Assembly (NCBI GenBank): GCA_963773685.1 | Contig: CAVZBY010000011.1 | Location: 469,532-533,531 of the forward strand | Reading direction: 5' to 3' | Origin: Candidatus Aminicenantes bacterium | GTDB lineage: Bacteria; Acidobacteriota; Aminicenantia; Aminicenantales; Saccharicenantaceae | DNA: 64,000 bases | Part shown: positions 16,488-26,378 of the stretch, one piece after another | Numbering within the stretch: position 1 is the first letter of the stretch | Layout: the number at the start of each line of letters is the position of its first letter | Program-made: the position numbers and the translations under genes | Notes under the pieces: generated by a model | The model's input: the letters and a program-made list of their open reading frames with translations, nothing else | Databases searched by the model: none | What the model was told of the DNA's origin: nothing

Positions 16488-16604
16488 GCCCGGGAGAGAA
16501 ACCCTCGGACCCGGAAGGCCCGCACCCCCGATCTTTTCCCTGGCGGAGGGGTGCGCGCGCGGGATATATTACGGACAGCCGATATCCGCAGGAGGTGCCC
16601 CGCC

Positions 16605-17504
16605 ATGAAACACGGACTCGCAAGCCTAGCCCTTCTGGTCCCCGGGCTCGCTATCTGTCTCCAGGCGCAAACCACGGAACCGGCCCCGGTCTCCGTCGTC
16701 CCGGTGGCCGGGCCGGTCTTTATGCTCGCGTCCGGCGGCAACGGCAACGTCGGCGTCGTCGCCGATCCTGCCGGCATCTTCATGATCGACGCCATGGAGG
16801 AGGAAATGGCCGGGAAGCTGCGCGCAGCCCTCAAGTCCTTGCCCGGCGGCGGGAGGGTAAGGGTGCTCGTCAATACCCATTGGCATTGGGATCATGTGAA
16901 CGGCAACAAGGCCTTCGGCCCCGCAGCCGTCATCGTCGCCCACGAGAACACGAGAGCGCTGAACGCCGCCGACCAGCCCAGGTTCGGAGATACCATCAAG
17001 GCCCTCCCCCGAGACGCCCTTCCCGTTCTCACGTACTCCGATAGGATGGCCGCCCACGCCGGCGGGCTCGACCTGCGGCTCGTCCATTATCCCCACGCCC
17101 ACACCGGCGGCGACACCGTCGTCTTCCTCGACGCGCTGAAGATCGTCCACACGGGCGATATGTTCTTCAACGGCATGTTCCCCTATCTGGACGTCCCGAG
17201 CGGGGGCGACGTCGTCAATTGGGCCCGCCAGCTGGATGCGATCCTCGACGGCCTGCCCGAAGACGTCAGGATCATCCCCGGCCACGGCCCCCTGGCCGGA
17301 AAGGGCGAGCTCGAGGCCTTCCGGGACATGCTCGCCGATTCCGCGGAGCTCGTCCGCGGGCGGATGGAGCAAGGGATGAGCCTGGAGGAGATCCAGGCCG
17401 CCGGGATGCCGGACCGGTTCGGGCCCTGGACCAAAGGCTTCATGCCCGTTCCGGGGTGGCTCGAGCTGGTCTATGAGAGCCTCGAAAAGAACAAGACCCC
17501 TTAG
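16605..17504 (+). CDS. secreted metallo-beta-lactamase-fold hydrolase
   Basis: The ATG at 16605 is preceded by a GGAGG RBS (16591-16595). It has signal peptide MKHGLASLALLVPGLAICLQA and the HxHxDH motif NTHWHWDHVNGN. The track start at 16551 lacks an RBS or signal-peptide rationale. Confidence 0.8.
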   Translation: MKHGLASLALLVPGLAICLQAQTTEPAPVSVVPVAGPVFMLASGGNGNVGVVADPAGIFMIDAMEEEMAGKLRAALKSLPGGGRVRVLVNTHWHWDHVNGNKAFGPAAVIVAHENTRALNAADQPRFGDTIKALPRDALPVLTYSDRMAAHAGGLDLRLVHYPHAHTGGDTVVFLDALKIVHTGDMFFNGMFPYLDVPSGGDVVNWARQLDAILDGLPEDVRIIPGHGPLAGKGELEAFRDMLADSAELVRGRMEQGMSLEEIQAAGMPDRFGPWTKGFMPVPGWLELVYESLEKNKTP

Positions 17505-18397
17505 TGCTTGCTGCGGCAGTTGTAGATGCGCTGGGTGAGCGCGCCGTTGATCTTGATGTTGAAATAGTTGATGAGGTTGGTCAGGTCCTTCTTGTATTTC
17601 GTCACGTAGCGGACGAAATCGGACTCTTTCTTCTGCCTCAGGAGGTTCTCGAATTCGGCGATCTCGTCATGGAGCTCGATGAGATAATGGTTGATCGTCC
17701 GGTATTGGGAGTTGATCTCGATGAGGTCCTTCCCCGAGAGCTTGGCGAAGTCGAGGTAGGGCGGCATGGGCTGGAGAAGCAGAAGGCTCTCCGTATGGAG
17801 CTCGTTGACGGACTCCTGGATCTCCTGGAAGAAGGACTTGTGCTCCTGGGGGGCCTTCAGCTTGGTCTTGCCCTTCTCGAGGAGCAATTCGCACTGGCTC
17901 TTGAGGGAGATGATGTTCTCCTTGACCCCCAGGTATTTCCGGTTGAAGTTGTACAGGTCAACGAAATCCCGGCCGATGTAGATCTTGTCCTCGTAATGGG
18001 TCAGGAGCTCCTTGGGCGAATGCGTGTAGAACTTGATCTCATAGCGCCGGCCCTCGGAATCCCGTTCCCGGAGCCGGGCCAGGACCAGGAAGCCGTTCTG
18101 CTCGACGAAGTAGCTGCTCGTATCGAGGAGCACGGAATAGATGGCCAGGTTCTGAATGATATATTCCCTGAGATGTTCGAGGAGCGCTTCCTTGCGGGTG
18201 ATGAGCTCCGTCACCGCGTCGTCGGGAGTGGGCGCCATCACGGAATAGGACGGGGACAGCAGGAAGAGGACGGGGCCCGTCCCGAGCTCCAGGTGGAGGT
18301 TCTTGAGGGTGTTCTGGTAAAGGTCGTCGAGGAGCATGGGCCTCAGGGGCGGCAGGTCCCGGGCATCCAGCTTGAGGAGTTCGTCGATCTCGTTCAT
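17501..18397 (-). CDS. hypothetical protein, no recognisable domain
   Basis: 298 aa, rich in K/E/L/Y/N, with native GC3-biased codon use (aag, aac, tac, atc). The opposite-strand 349-aa ORF (17504-18553) has the V/D/E/G/L-rich composition of an antisense shadow. Confidence 0.6.
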   Translation of the reverse strand: MNEIDELLKLDARDLPPLRPMLLDDLYQNTLKNLHLELGTGPVLFLLSPSYSVMAPTPDDAVTELITRKEALLEHLREYIIQNLAIYSVLLDTSSYFVEQNGFLVLARLRERDSEGRRYEIKFYTHSPKELLTHYEDKIYIGRDFVDLYNFNRKYLGVKENIISLKSQCELLLEKGKTKLKAPQEHKSFFQEIQESVNELHTESLLLLQPMPPYLDFAKLSGKDLIEINSQYRTINHYLIELHDEIAEFENLLRQKKESDFVRYVTKYKKDLTNLINYFNIKINGALTQRIYNCRSKH

Positions 18398-18544
18398 GGA
18401 TTCCCTCGTTCTGAGGGGATGGTATCACGGCCCTATTCAAAAAGTCAAAACAAACTCCGCGAGGGCAAGGCTTTCGTGCAGCCGCGGGCTCTAGCCTGCG
18501 CCTTGATCGGGAGGATTCACGCTGAGGGGTGCCGAAACAAGAGC

Positions 18545-19354
18545 TCAGGCTAAAGCCCGAGGCACCAATTTTCCGAGCGTCCAGGCTTCGTTGCCGTAGC
18601 GCTCGGCTTCGATGCGGGCGATCTCCCCGGAAGCGGCCGCGTCCAGGGAGAAGGGCTCCAAAACGATCCCGAAGAACTCGGAAAGCCCGAGGGACAGCCG
18701 GCCGGCGGCCCATTCGAAGGCTGCGGGCCGCCCCAGGGCCTCGGCAAGAGAGGCCATACGGATGCCGTTATCCGGGGCTTGGGACCGGGCGGCTCCCTTG
18801 AGGAGGTCCTCGTCCTTTTCCAGAGGCACGGAGCCGTGCTGGAGAAAGGCGGCCCCCGTCCTTTTCTGGGCGCTGCCGACGATCTTCAGTCCGCCGATCT
18901 CGACCTCGTCCCTCGCCGGAAAAGCGAAGCACGGCATCATCCCCCGGACATAGTCGGGCGGCGAGGACGCCGCCAGGCTGGCCTCCAGCCCCATGAGCTC
19001 GAGCCCCCGGACAAGACCGAGCGAAATACGCCGGTACGATTCCCTCAGGGTGTCCGTGAACAGCTCCGTATCGGACGAGGCCAGGGAATACGTCAGCTCC
19101 CGGTAATGAAGGACGAGCTTCCCCCCGGTCATCCGCCGGACGACGTCGATCCCGTTGGCCCGGCAAAAATCGAGGTCGGCCGCCCGGGCCGCGGTCTGAG
19201 AATATCCCAAGGATACCGTCGGCCTCTCCCACCGGTAGAACCGGAGGAAGGTCGCGCGCTCCTTTTGGGCCGCGGCAAAGAGGTATTCGTCGACGGCCAT
19301 GTTCCAGGAGCCCCGCCGGGGCGCGTCCTCGATGATCAAATGCCAAGTCTTCAT
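18545..19354 (-). CDS. lipoate-protein ligase / octanoyltransferase-family protein (BPL_LplA_LipB catalytic domain)
   Basis: 269 aa with SWNMAVDEYLF, RFYRWERPTVSLGY, VRRMTGGKLVLH and KIVGSAQKR (the conserved Lys motif). Confidence 0.75.
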   Translation of the reverse strand: MKTWHLIIEDAPRRGSWNMAVDEYLFAAAQKERATFLRFYRWERPTVSLGYSQTAARAADLDFCRANGIDVVRRMTGGKLVLHYRELTYSLASSDTELFTDTLRESYRRISLGLVRGLELMGLEASLAASSPPDYVRGMMPCFAFPARDEVEIGGLKIVGSAQKRTGAAFLQHGSVPLEKDEDLLKGAARSQAPDNGIRMASLAEALGRPAAFEWAAGRLSLGLSEFFGIVLEPFSLDAAASGEIARIEAERYGNEAWTLGKLVPRALA

Positions 19355-19382
19355 GAAAAGGGCTTTCGACGAAGGAAAATGG

Positions 19383-19457
19383 TGGAGCGGGCAATGGGAC
19401 TCGAACCCACAACACCCGGCTTGGGAAGCCGGTACTCTACCATTGAGCTATGCCCGC
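19383..19457 (-). tRNA. tRNA-Gly (anticodon CCC), CCA encoded
   Basis: The reverse complement is GCGGGCATAGCTCAATGGTAGAGTACCGGCTTCCCAAGCCGGGTGTTGTGGGTTCGAGTCCCATTGCCCGCTCCA. All four stems pair, and the anticodon loop is UUCCCAA. Confidence 0.9.
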
Positions 19458-19529
19458 TCACGGGCGCCGTTCAAGCAGGAGAATTCTAGCACAATCGGGA
19501 CCGAAGTCAACCTGGACCGGAGGGCTCCG

Positions 19530-21008
19530 TCAGCCCTTTCCGGCCTCCTGGTCCCCGCCGACCCTCGGGTAATAATTGCTGTGCCACTTGAGGCGGGCCG
19601 GGCGACCGTCGGCTCCCATCTCGAAGACCACCTCCTCGCCGAGCTCCCCGTCCTTCCGGACGCGGCGGAATACGCCTTCGCCTGTTTTCTTCAGCTTGGT
19701 GAGCCCCCGGACGGGGTCCATCGACGGGAGCCACATGGACGCAAGCCCGTCCTCCCAGATGACGATGGCGATCTCTCCCCCGAATGTCGAGGCGAAGGAT
19801 CCCGTATATTTCCTCAGCTCCGGGTCGGCGGCCTTCGCGCCCTTGGGATCCTTGACGGCGGCCGCGATGGCCGGCGCGACGATGTCGTACATCCTTTGGG
19901 CGAAGAGCTCGGTGTCGACGCCCAGGGCGTTCGACATGAACACGGTCGCGACCGCCTCCTCGGGCTTGAGCAGGATCTCCGTCCGGTACCCCGGGCAGGA
20001 CCCGCCGTGGCCGACGAAGGTCTTGCCGGCGTTCCGGCTGACCGAGAAGCCCAGCCCCCAGGTGGTGTCGAAATCGGGGTCCACGAAGTGGACGCGGTAC
20101 ATCTCACGAAGGGTGTTGGCCTTGAGGACCTCCGTCGCGCCGCCGCGGATGAGGCGGAACTGCCATTGGGCGAAACGGGCCAGGTCCTCGGCCGTGGACG
20201 CGAATCCGGCCGCGGGAGCGACGCCCCGGGCCTGGAACAAGGGCATGGCCTCGCGGCCTCCCTGGCGCCTCAGGGCGCTGTAGCCCGTGGCGAGCCGGCC
20301 GCCGCGTTCATGGGCCGGGACCTCCGAGGTCGTGCTCGATAGTCCCAGCGGATCGAGAATGTTGCGGCGAACGTACTCGGCGTAGGGCATCCCCGAAGCG
20401 GCCGCGACGACCTCGCCGGCCAGCGTCAGCCCGAGGTTCGAGTACTGGAAGTAGGTTTCCGCCGGATAAAGCGTCTTCTGCTTCGAGATGCGCTCGACGA
20501 TCTGCTCGTGCGTGGGGAACGGGAAGTCCGGTCCCGTCCAGTAGGGGTAGTCCGACTCGCGCGGAAGCCCCGAGGCGTGGGTCAGGAGCCCCTCGATCGT
20601 GATCTCGGGTCCTTCCGGGGCTGACCGCTCGATCGTGAACCAGGGAAGATGCCGGCTCACCGGATCGTCCAGCCTCAGCTTGCCCGCGTCCCGCAGCTGC
20701 ATCACGGCGATGCTGGTGAACAGCTTCGATATGGAACAGATGCTGTAGATCGTCTTTGGCGTCGCCGGCGCGGTGCGGGCGATGTCCGCGAAGCCGAAGC
20801 CCCCGCTCCAGAGGAGTTCCTGGTCGTGGACGATGGCGGCCGAGATGCCCGGGATCTGCTCGTAGGCCCTTTGGGCGTCCAGCCAAACCCTCACGACCTC
20901 GAGGGCCGAAGCCACGCGGGGGTCATCGGCCAGGCACTGCGGCCGGGCCGGCCCCGCGAGAGCCATAACGGAGAGAAGGATAATCGCAATGACCCGCGTA
21001 CGTTTCAT
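19530..21008 (-). CDS. secreted serine hydrolase of the beta-lactamase (class C / PBP-like) family
   Basis: Starts at MKRTRVIAIILLSVMALAG (ATG 21008). The SxxK motif is in YSICSISKLFTS. The track's 47-codon upstream extension has no support. Confidence 0.8.
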   Translation of the reverse strand: MKRTRVIAIILLSVMALAGPARPQCLADDPRVASALEVVRVWLDAQRAYEQIPGISAAIVHDQELLWSGGFGFADIARTAPATPKTIYSICSISKLFTSIAVMQLRDAGKLRLDDPVSRHLPWFTIERSAPEGPEITIEGLLTHASGLPRESDYPYWTGPDFPFPTHEQIVERISKQKTLYPAETYFQYSNLGLTLAGEVVAAASGMPYAEYVRRNILDPLGLSSTTSEVPAHERGGRLATGYSALRRQGGREAMPLFQARGVAPAAGFASTAEDLARFAQWQFRLIRGGATEVLKANTLREMYRVHFVDPDFDTTWGLGFSVSRNAGKTFVGHGGSCPGYRTEILLKPEEAVATVFMSNALGVDTELFAQRMYDIVAPAIAAAVKDPKGAKAADPELRKYTGSFASTFGGEIAIVIWEDGLASMWLPSMDPVRGLTKLKKTGEGVFRRVRKDGELGEEVVFEMGADGRPARLKWHSNYYPRVGGDQEAGKG

Positions 21009-21123
21009 GATGCTATGACCTCCATCAGCGGCCGGCCGTATGCCCCCGGGCGGAACCCGCCCGATTGACAGCCGCGGCCGGCGGCACATATAATCCTCCA
21101 ATCCCACGGGAAAGGCGGACATC

Positions 21124-21483
21124 ATGGCCCAAGAAGACAGCCAAGTCAATCAGCCGTCGGCCGGAGCCTCACGCATCGGGAACGGGCTGTCCTTCCGCGG
21201 GGACATCGCCGGCGGCGAGGACCTCGTCGTCGACGGCCGGGTGACCGGGACCATCGACCTGGGGCCCCATGATCTCACCATCCGCCCCGGCGGCCGGGTC
21301 GAGGCCGACGTCCGGGCCCGCAACGTCGTCATTCACGGCGAGCTCATCGGGAACGTCGTCGCCTCCGAGCGGGCCTTCATCTCCGAGACGGGCCGGATGA
21401 GCGGGGACGTCGTCGCCGCCACGGTCTCCGTCCTGGCCGGGGCCCAGTTCAAGGGCGCCATCCGGATGGAGCGGCGCGCCTAG
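21124..21483 (+). CDS. bactofilin (polymer-forming cytoskeletal protein, DUF583)
   Basis: 119 aa with a repetitive beta-helix pattern: FRGDIAGGEDLVVDGRVTGTI..LTIRPGGRVEADVRARNVVIHGELIGNVVA..AFISETGRMSGDV. Confidence 0.8.
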   Translation: MAQEDSQVNQPSAGASRIGNGLSFRGDIAGGEDLVVDGRVTGTIDLGPHDLTIRPGGRVEADVRARNVVIHGELIGNVVASERAFISETGRMSGDVVAATVSVLAGAQFKGAIRMERRA

Positions 21484-22202
21484 TCGATATCGATCGTCCC
21501 CTTGTCCTTTTCCCGCCGCCGCCGGTCCATGTCGTCCCACTTCTTCATGCAGTCGGCGTCCGTGCCGCGGACCAGCGAGCACTCGAGGTATTCCGAAATA
21601 TAGATGACGCAGGCCCGGATGGCCTTCCCGGCCGGGGTCTTCTGGTAATCGGCGCCGTTGATGCTGAAGTTCCGCAGGCTCAGGCCTGCGGCCAGGCCTT
21701 GCCCCTTGGCTTCGGCCTCGATGGTTCGGGTATCGACGATCTCGCCGGTCTCGGAGTCGACGACCTTGAGATCGATGGCGATGTAGGCCTTGTCGCGCTT
21801 CCCGCCGACACTGAGGCCCTTGAAGCGGACCGCGCCGCCCGTGGCCTTGACGTCCTCCTCGAAGGAGGAAACCGTGGCCGCGACGAGATACTTGGCCCCC
21901 TTCAGCTTGCCCATCTTGACCTTGGTCGCCGGATCGACCCGATCGGTATCGCTCAGGTCCTGCTCCCCGAGGACGGCCTCGATGTCCTTCCGGTCGAGGA
22001 CCTGGAAGGATCGCGTGGATGCGAGCTCCGAAGCCAGCATGTCGGACAGCTCCCGGCCGACCGAGGCGCTCCACCAACCCGCGCTGGTCTGGTTGGTGAA
22101 TCGCAGGACGCCGATCCTCGGCTTTTCGGCCGCCGGCGCCCCGGCAAGGAACGCGGCGACGACGAGGATCGTGATCACGGTCAAAAGGATGATCTTCTTC
22201 AT
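21480..22202 (-). CDS. CsgG-like lipoprotein/periplasmic family protein
   Basis: The start is taken at [69 protein letters not shown] matches the CsgG-family N-terminal pattern. Confidence 0.6.
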   Translation of the reverse strand: MKKIILLTVITILVVAAFLAGAPAAEKPRIGVLRFTNQTSAGWWSASVGRELSDMLASELASTRSFQVLDRKDIEAVLGEQDLSDTDRVDPATKVKMGKLKGAKYLVAATVSSFEEDVKATGGAVRFKGLSVGGKRDKAYIAIDLKVVDSETGEIVDTRTIEAEAKGQGLAAGLSLRNFSINGADYQKTPAGKAIRACVIYISEYLECSLVRGTDADCMKKWDDMDRRRREKDKGTIDID

Positions 22203-22249
22203 GGGCCCTCCTTCTATCGCGGGAACTATATAGCACAATTTTTGTTATA

Positions 22250-24253
22250 ATGCCATCGATGCGCGCGTTCGAGCTCCGTTCCGACTTCGAGCCCCGAGGA
22301 GACCAGGTCCGGGCCATCGGCCGGCTGGCCGAAGGGCTGGAGGCCGGAGAGCGGCACCAGGTCCTGATGGGGGTCACGGGCTCGGGCAAGACCTTCACGA
22401 TGGCCAACGTCATCGCCCGGGCCCAGCGTCCGGTCCTGGTCATCTCCCACAACAAGACGCTGGCCGCCCAGCTCTATCAGGAGTTCCGGCGCTTTTTCCC
22501 GGGGAATGCCGTCGAATATTTCGTCAGCTATTATGATTATTATCAGCCGGAAGCCTACATCGCCTCCTCGAACACATACATCGCCAAGGAGGCGACCATC
22601 AACGACGAGATCGACCGCCTCCGCCTCCGGGCCACGAACTCCCTCTTCGAGCGCCGGGACGTGATCGTCGTCGCCTCGGTTTCCTGCATCTACGGCATCG
22701 GCGCCCCGGCCACCTACCACGAGATGAGCTTCGCCCTCGAGGCCGGCCAGGCCCTGAGCCGGAAGAAGCTGTTGGACAGCTTCACGGAGGTCCAGTACGA
22801 GCGGCGCGACGAGGATCTCAAGCGGGGCTCCTTCCGGGTCCGCGGCGACATCGTCGAGATCTTTCCCTCCTACGAGGACTTCGCCTACCGGATCGAGCTC
22901 GAGGACGGGCGCATCAAGGCCCTGTCCGCCGTCGATCCCCTCCTCGGGAAGACGCTGGAGGCCTTCGACCGGATCATGGTCCATCCGAGGACTTTTTTCT
23001 CGACCCCCCGGGCGGTCCTCAAGGCCGCCGCGGACGGCATCGAGCAAGAGCTGGTCGCGCGGGTGGCCGCCTTCCGGGCGGAAGGCAAGTTCGTCGAGGC
23101 CGAACGGATCGAGGAACGGACCCTCTATGACCTGGACATGCTCCGGGAGTTCGGCTATTGCCCAGGCATCGAGAACTACTCGCTCTATCTTTCCGACCGG
23201 AAGCCCGGCGAGCCGCCGTTCACCCTCCTCGACTATTTCCCCGAGGGCTTCCTGACCATCGTCGACGAGTCCCACGTCACCGTTCCCCAGATCGGGGGGA
23301 TGTACCACGGCGACAGGTCGCGAAAGACGACCCTCATCGAACACGGCTTCCGCCTGCCCTCGGCGCTGGACAACCGCCCCCTGAACTTCGGGGAATACGA
23401 GGTCAAGGTCGGGCCGGTCATCTACGTTTCGGCGACGCCGGCATCGTACGAGATCGGGAAGGCCGGAAGCCGGGTCATCGAGCAGGTCATCCGGCCCACG
23501 GGCCTCACCGACCCGGAGATCGAGGTCCGGCCGGTCCGGGGACAGGTCGACGACCTGATGTCCGAGATCGCGGCGCGGGCGGAGCGGCGCGAGCGGACCC
23601 TCGTCACCACCCTGACCAAGAAGATGGCCGAAGACCTGACGCGCCACTACCACGAGCTCGGCCTCCGCGTCCGCTACCTGCATTCGGAGATCGAAACGCT
23701 CGACCGGGTCCGGATCCTGAGGGACCTCCGGAAGGGCGAGTTCGACGCCCTCGTCGGCATCAACCTGCTCCGGGAAGGGCTCGACCTTCCCGAGGTCTCC
23801 CTCGTCGCCATCCTGGACGCCGACAAGGAGGGATTCCTGCGGTCGGCCAGCGCGCTCATCCAGACGTTCGGCCGGGCGGCCCGCCACGTCGCCGGACGCG
23901 CGATCCTCTATGCGGACGCGATGACGGACTCGATGAAGGCGGCCATCGGCGAGACGAACCGGCGCCGGGCGATCCAGGAGGAGTACAACCGGCGCCATGG
24001 GATCACGCCGCAGTCCGTCGTCAAGGGCATCGACGAGGTCCTGAGCAGCGTTTACGAGCGGGATTACGTCGACCTGACACGCATCCCGGAGGATAAAGAG
24101 TTCGCCCTGTCGCCCGAACAGCGGAAGAAACGAATGGATGAGCTCGAGAAGCTCATGGCCCGGGCGTCGCAGGACCTTGAATTCGAGAAGGCGGCCGCTT
24201 ACAGGGATGAGCTCAGCCGCTTGAAAAAACGCGAGCTCGAGCTCGCCCTGTGA
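22250..24253 (+). CDS. uvrB: excinuclease ABC subunit B
   Basis: 667 aa with [14 protein letters not shown], Walker A GVTGSGKT, helicase motifs, and a C-terminal UVR domain ([13 protein letters not shown]). Confidence 0.95.
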   Translation: MPSMRAFELRSDFEPRGDQVRAIGRLAEGLEAGERHQVLMGVTGSGKTFTMANVIARAQRPVLVISHNKTLAAQLYQEFRRFFPGNAVEYFVSYYDYYQPEAYIASSNTYIAKEATINDEIDRLRLRATNSLFERRDVIVVASVSCIYGIGAPATYHEMSFALEAGQALSRKKLLDSFTEVQYERRDEDLKRGSFRVRGDIVEIFPSYEDFAYRIELEDGRIKALSAVDPLLGKTLEAFDRIMVHPRTFFSTPRAVLKAAADGIEQELVARVAAFRAEGKFVEAERIEERTLYDLDMLREFGYCPGIENYSLYLSDRKPGEPPFTLLDYFPEGFLTIVDESHVTVPQIGGMYHGDRSRKTTLIEHGFRLPSALDNRPLNFGEYEVKVGPVIYVSATPASYEIGKAGSRVIEQVIRPTGLTDPEIEVRPVRGQVDDLMSEIAARAERRERTLVTTLTKKMAEDLTRHYHELGLRVRYLHSEIETLDRVRILRDLRKGEFDALVGINLLREGLDLPEVSLVAILDADKEGFLRSASALIQTFGRAARHVAGRAILYADAMTDSMKAAIGETNRRRAIQEEYNRRHGITPQSVVKGIDEVLSSVYERDYVDLTRIPEDKEFALSPEQRKKRMDELEKLMARASQDLEFEKAAAYRDELSRLKKRELELAL

Positions 24254-24280
24254 CGGGAGCTCCTGGAGACGGGAACGAAG

Positions 24281-26086
24281 ATGGCGGGCTCGCTGAGGGA
24301 AAAGGTCGCGGGGTTTCCCGACAAGCCCGGGATCTATTTTTTCCGGGACGCCGAAGGGAAGGTCCTCTACATCGGGAAGGCCCGCTCTCTCCGGGACCGC
24401 GTGCGCTCCTATTTCCTCCCCGGGCCGGATATCAAGGTCCGGAACATCCTCGCCGAGACGGCCGATATCGACACCATCCTGACCGGTTCGGAGAAGGAAG
24501 CAGCCTTTCTCGAGAACAACTACATCCAACAGCATCGGCCGAAGTTCAATCTCCGGCTCAAGGACGACAAGAGCTTCCCCTATCTCAAGCTGACCGTCCG
24601 CGAGGAATTCCCGGCGGTCTCCATGAGCCGCAAGGTCGAGCGCGACGGGTCCCGATATTTCGGCCCCTTCTCTCCGGCCGGCCGCGCGCGCGGTACCATC
24701 CGCCTCGTCAACAAGTACTTCAGGGTCCGCGGCTGCGAGGAGGCCGTCTTCCGGGGCCGCAAGCGGCCGTGCCTGGAGCACGACCTCGGGCTGTGCTCGG
24801 CCCCCTGCGTCGGACTCATCTCCGCGGCCGACTATAGCAAGGACGTGGACGGCGCCCGGCTCTTTCTCGAGGGCCGTACCGAGGAGCTGGCCCGGAGCCT
24901 GAAGGCGCGGATGCGGGAGGCGGCCGCCGGACAGAGATTCGAGGAGGCCGCCCGTCTGAGGGATCTCCTGGGCACCCTCGAGGACCTCCGGCAGAGGCCG
25001 CAGGCCATCGACGTCGGTCTCGAGGACCTGGACGCGGTGGGCTATGCGAGGTCCGGGGACGCGGTGGCCCTCCATGTCTTCTTCATGAGGCGCGGCAAGG
25101 TCCGGGATTCCCGCGGGACGTTCGCGCAAGGCACGGGGGAACGTTCCGACGGCGATATCCTGGCCGAGCTCGTCGGGAGGTTCTACGCCGGAGCCGAGAC
25201 GCCCCCGAAGATCCTCCTGCCCTTCGAGCCCGCCGGCGCCCGACGCCTCGAGGAGGACCTGGCCGGCGGAAAAGGAAAAAGACCCCGGCTGATCGTCCCC
25301 AAGGCGGGCAAATACGCGAGGCTGACCGGGATGGCCGGACAGAACGCGGCTCTCGCCTTGGGCGATGCGAAAAGATCGACGCCTCCCCTACTGGCCCTGG
25401 CCGGAGTCCTCGGGCTCAAGGAGGCCCCCTGGCGGATCGAGGGGATCGACATTTCAAACACGGGAGGGGCGGAATCGGTCGGTTCGCTCGTGGTGTTCGA
25501 CGGCGGCGTTCCCAACAAGGCGGAATACCGGAAGTTCAAGGTCCGGACGATCGAAGGGCCGAACGACGTAGGGAGTCTCCGGGAGATCGTCCACCGGCGT
25601 TATGCGCGTCTCAAGGAGGAGGCTTCCCGCATGCCCGGCCTCATCCTCGTCGACGGCGGCAAGCCGCAGCTCGCGGCCGCGATCGCGGGGCTCAGCGATG
25701 CCGGCGTCATGGGGATCCCCCTCATCTCCCTCGCCAAGCGCGAGGAGATCATCTTCACACCGGCGCACCGGACGGGCATCCGCCTCGACCGGACCTCGCC
25801 GGCCTTGAAGCTCGTCGAGCACGTCCGGGACGAGGCCCACCGTTTCGCCATCGCCTTCCACCGCGGCCGCCGGGCCAAGAAGAGCTTCGCTTCCGCCCTG
25901 GACGGAATTCCCGGCCTCGGTCCGAAGCGCAAGGCCGCTCTCCTGGCCCGCTATGGCAACATCGAAACGATCCGTACCGCGCCCTTGGATGACCTTGCCG
26001 CCCTCGTCGGCAAAACGGCCGCCGCCGGGCTAAAAGCTCGTCATGTTGCGCGCGAGAAGGTGCCGGGGTCCCAGGCTCCGCGTTGA
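24281..26086 (+). CDS. uvrC: excinuclease ABC subunit C
   Basis: 601 aa with a GIY-YIG N-terminus (PGIYFFRDAEGKVLYIGKA), a UVR domain (RFEEAARLRD), and C-terminal RNase H-like and HhH regions. Confidence 0.95.
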   Translation: MAGSLREKVAGFPDKPGIYFFRDAEGKVLYIGKARSLRDRVRSYFLPGPDIKVRNILAETADIDTILTGSEKEAAFLENNYIQQHRPKFNLRLKDDKSFPYLKLTVREEFPAVSMSRKVERDGSRYFGPFSPAGRARGTIRLVNKYFRVRGCEEAVFRGRKRPCLEHDLGLCSAPCVGLISAADYSKDVDGARLFLEGRTEELARSLKARMREAAAGQRFEEAARLRDLLGTLEDLRQRPQAIDVGLEDLDAVGYARSGDAVALHVFFMRRGKVRDSRGTFAQGTGERSDGDILAELVGRFYAGAETPPKILLPFEPAGARRLEEDLAGGKGKRPRLIVPKAGKYARLTGMAGQNAALALGDAKRSTPPLLALAGVLGLKEAPWRIEGIDISNTGGAESVGSLVVFDGGVPNKAEYRKFKVRTIEGPNDVGSLREIVHRRYARLKEEASRMPGLILVDGGKPQLAAAIAGLSDAGVMGIPLISLAKREEIIFTPAHRTGIRLDRTSPALKLVEHVRDEAHRFAIAFHRGRRAKKSFASALDGIPGLGPKRKAALLARYGNIETIRTAPLDDLAALVGKTAAAGLKARHVAREKVPGSQAPR

Positions 26087-26135
26087 TCGGCAGGCCAAAG
26101 CGCCGTTCAATCCCTTAATTGATAATATCTTACAG

Positions 26136-26378
26136 CTATCTTTCGAGGGCCTGCCCGATGGCGTATCTTAAGAGCCCGTCCGTTTCCTCTCCCGAATACC
26201 CGGTGAAATAGTCGAAGATCCTGCCGGCGCGGTCGATGACGAAAACGGCGGGGATCCCCCATTCGTTCACCCCGTAGGCGTCCGCGACGGCGTCGCCCGG
26301 AAAGACCGGGTAGGCGATATTGTTCTTCTCGAAATATCCCTTCGCGTCGCCTTCCGGGACGCGGGCCGAAGCCCGCGG
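26136..26378 (-). pseudogene. C-terminal remnant of a TlpA/ResA-like thioredoxin-fold oxidoreductase (no start, no CxxC)
   Basis: Not in the ORF track because it has no start codon. The minus-strand frame immediately after the feoB TAG reads PRASARVPEGDAKGYFEKNNIAYPVFPGDAVADAYGVNEWGIPAVFVIDRAGRIFDYFTGYSGEETDGLLRYAIGQALER*. The ..YGV..(W)GIPAVFVIDR.G.I pattern is the C-terminal half of TlpA/AhpC-TSA-type proteins. Confidence 0.45.
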
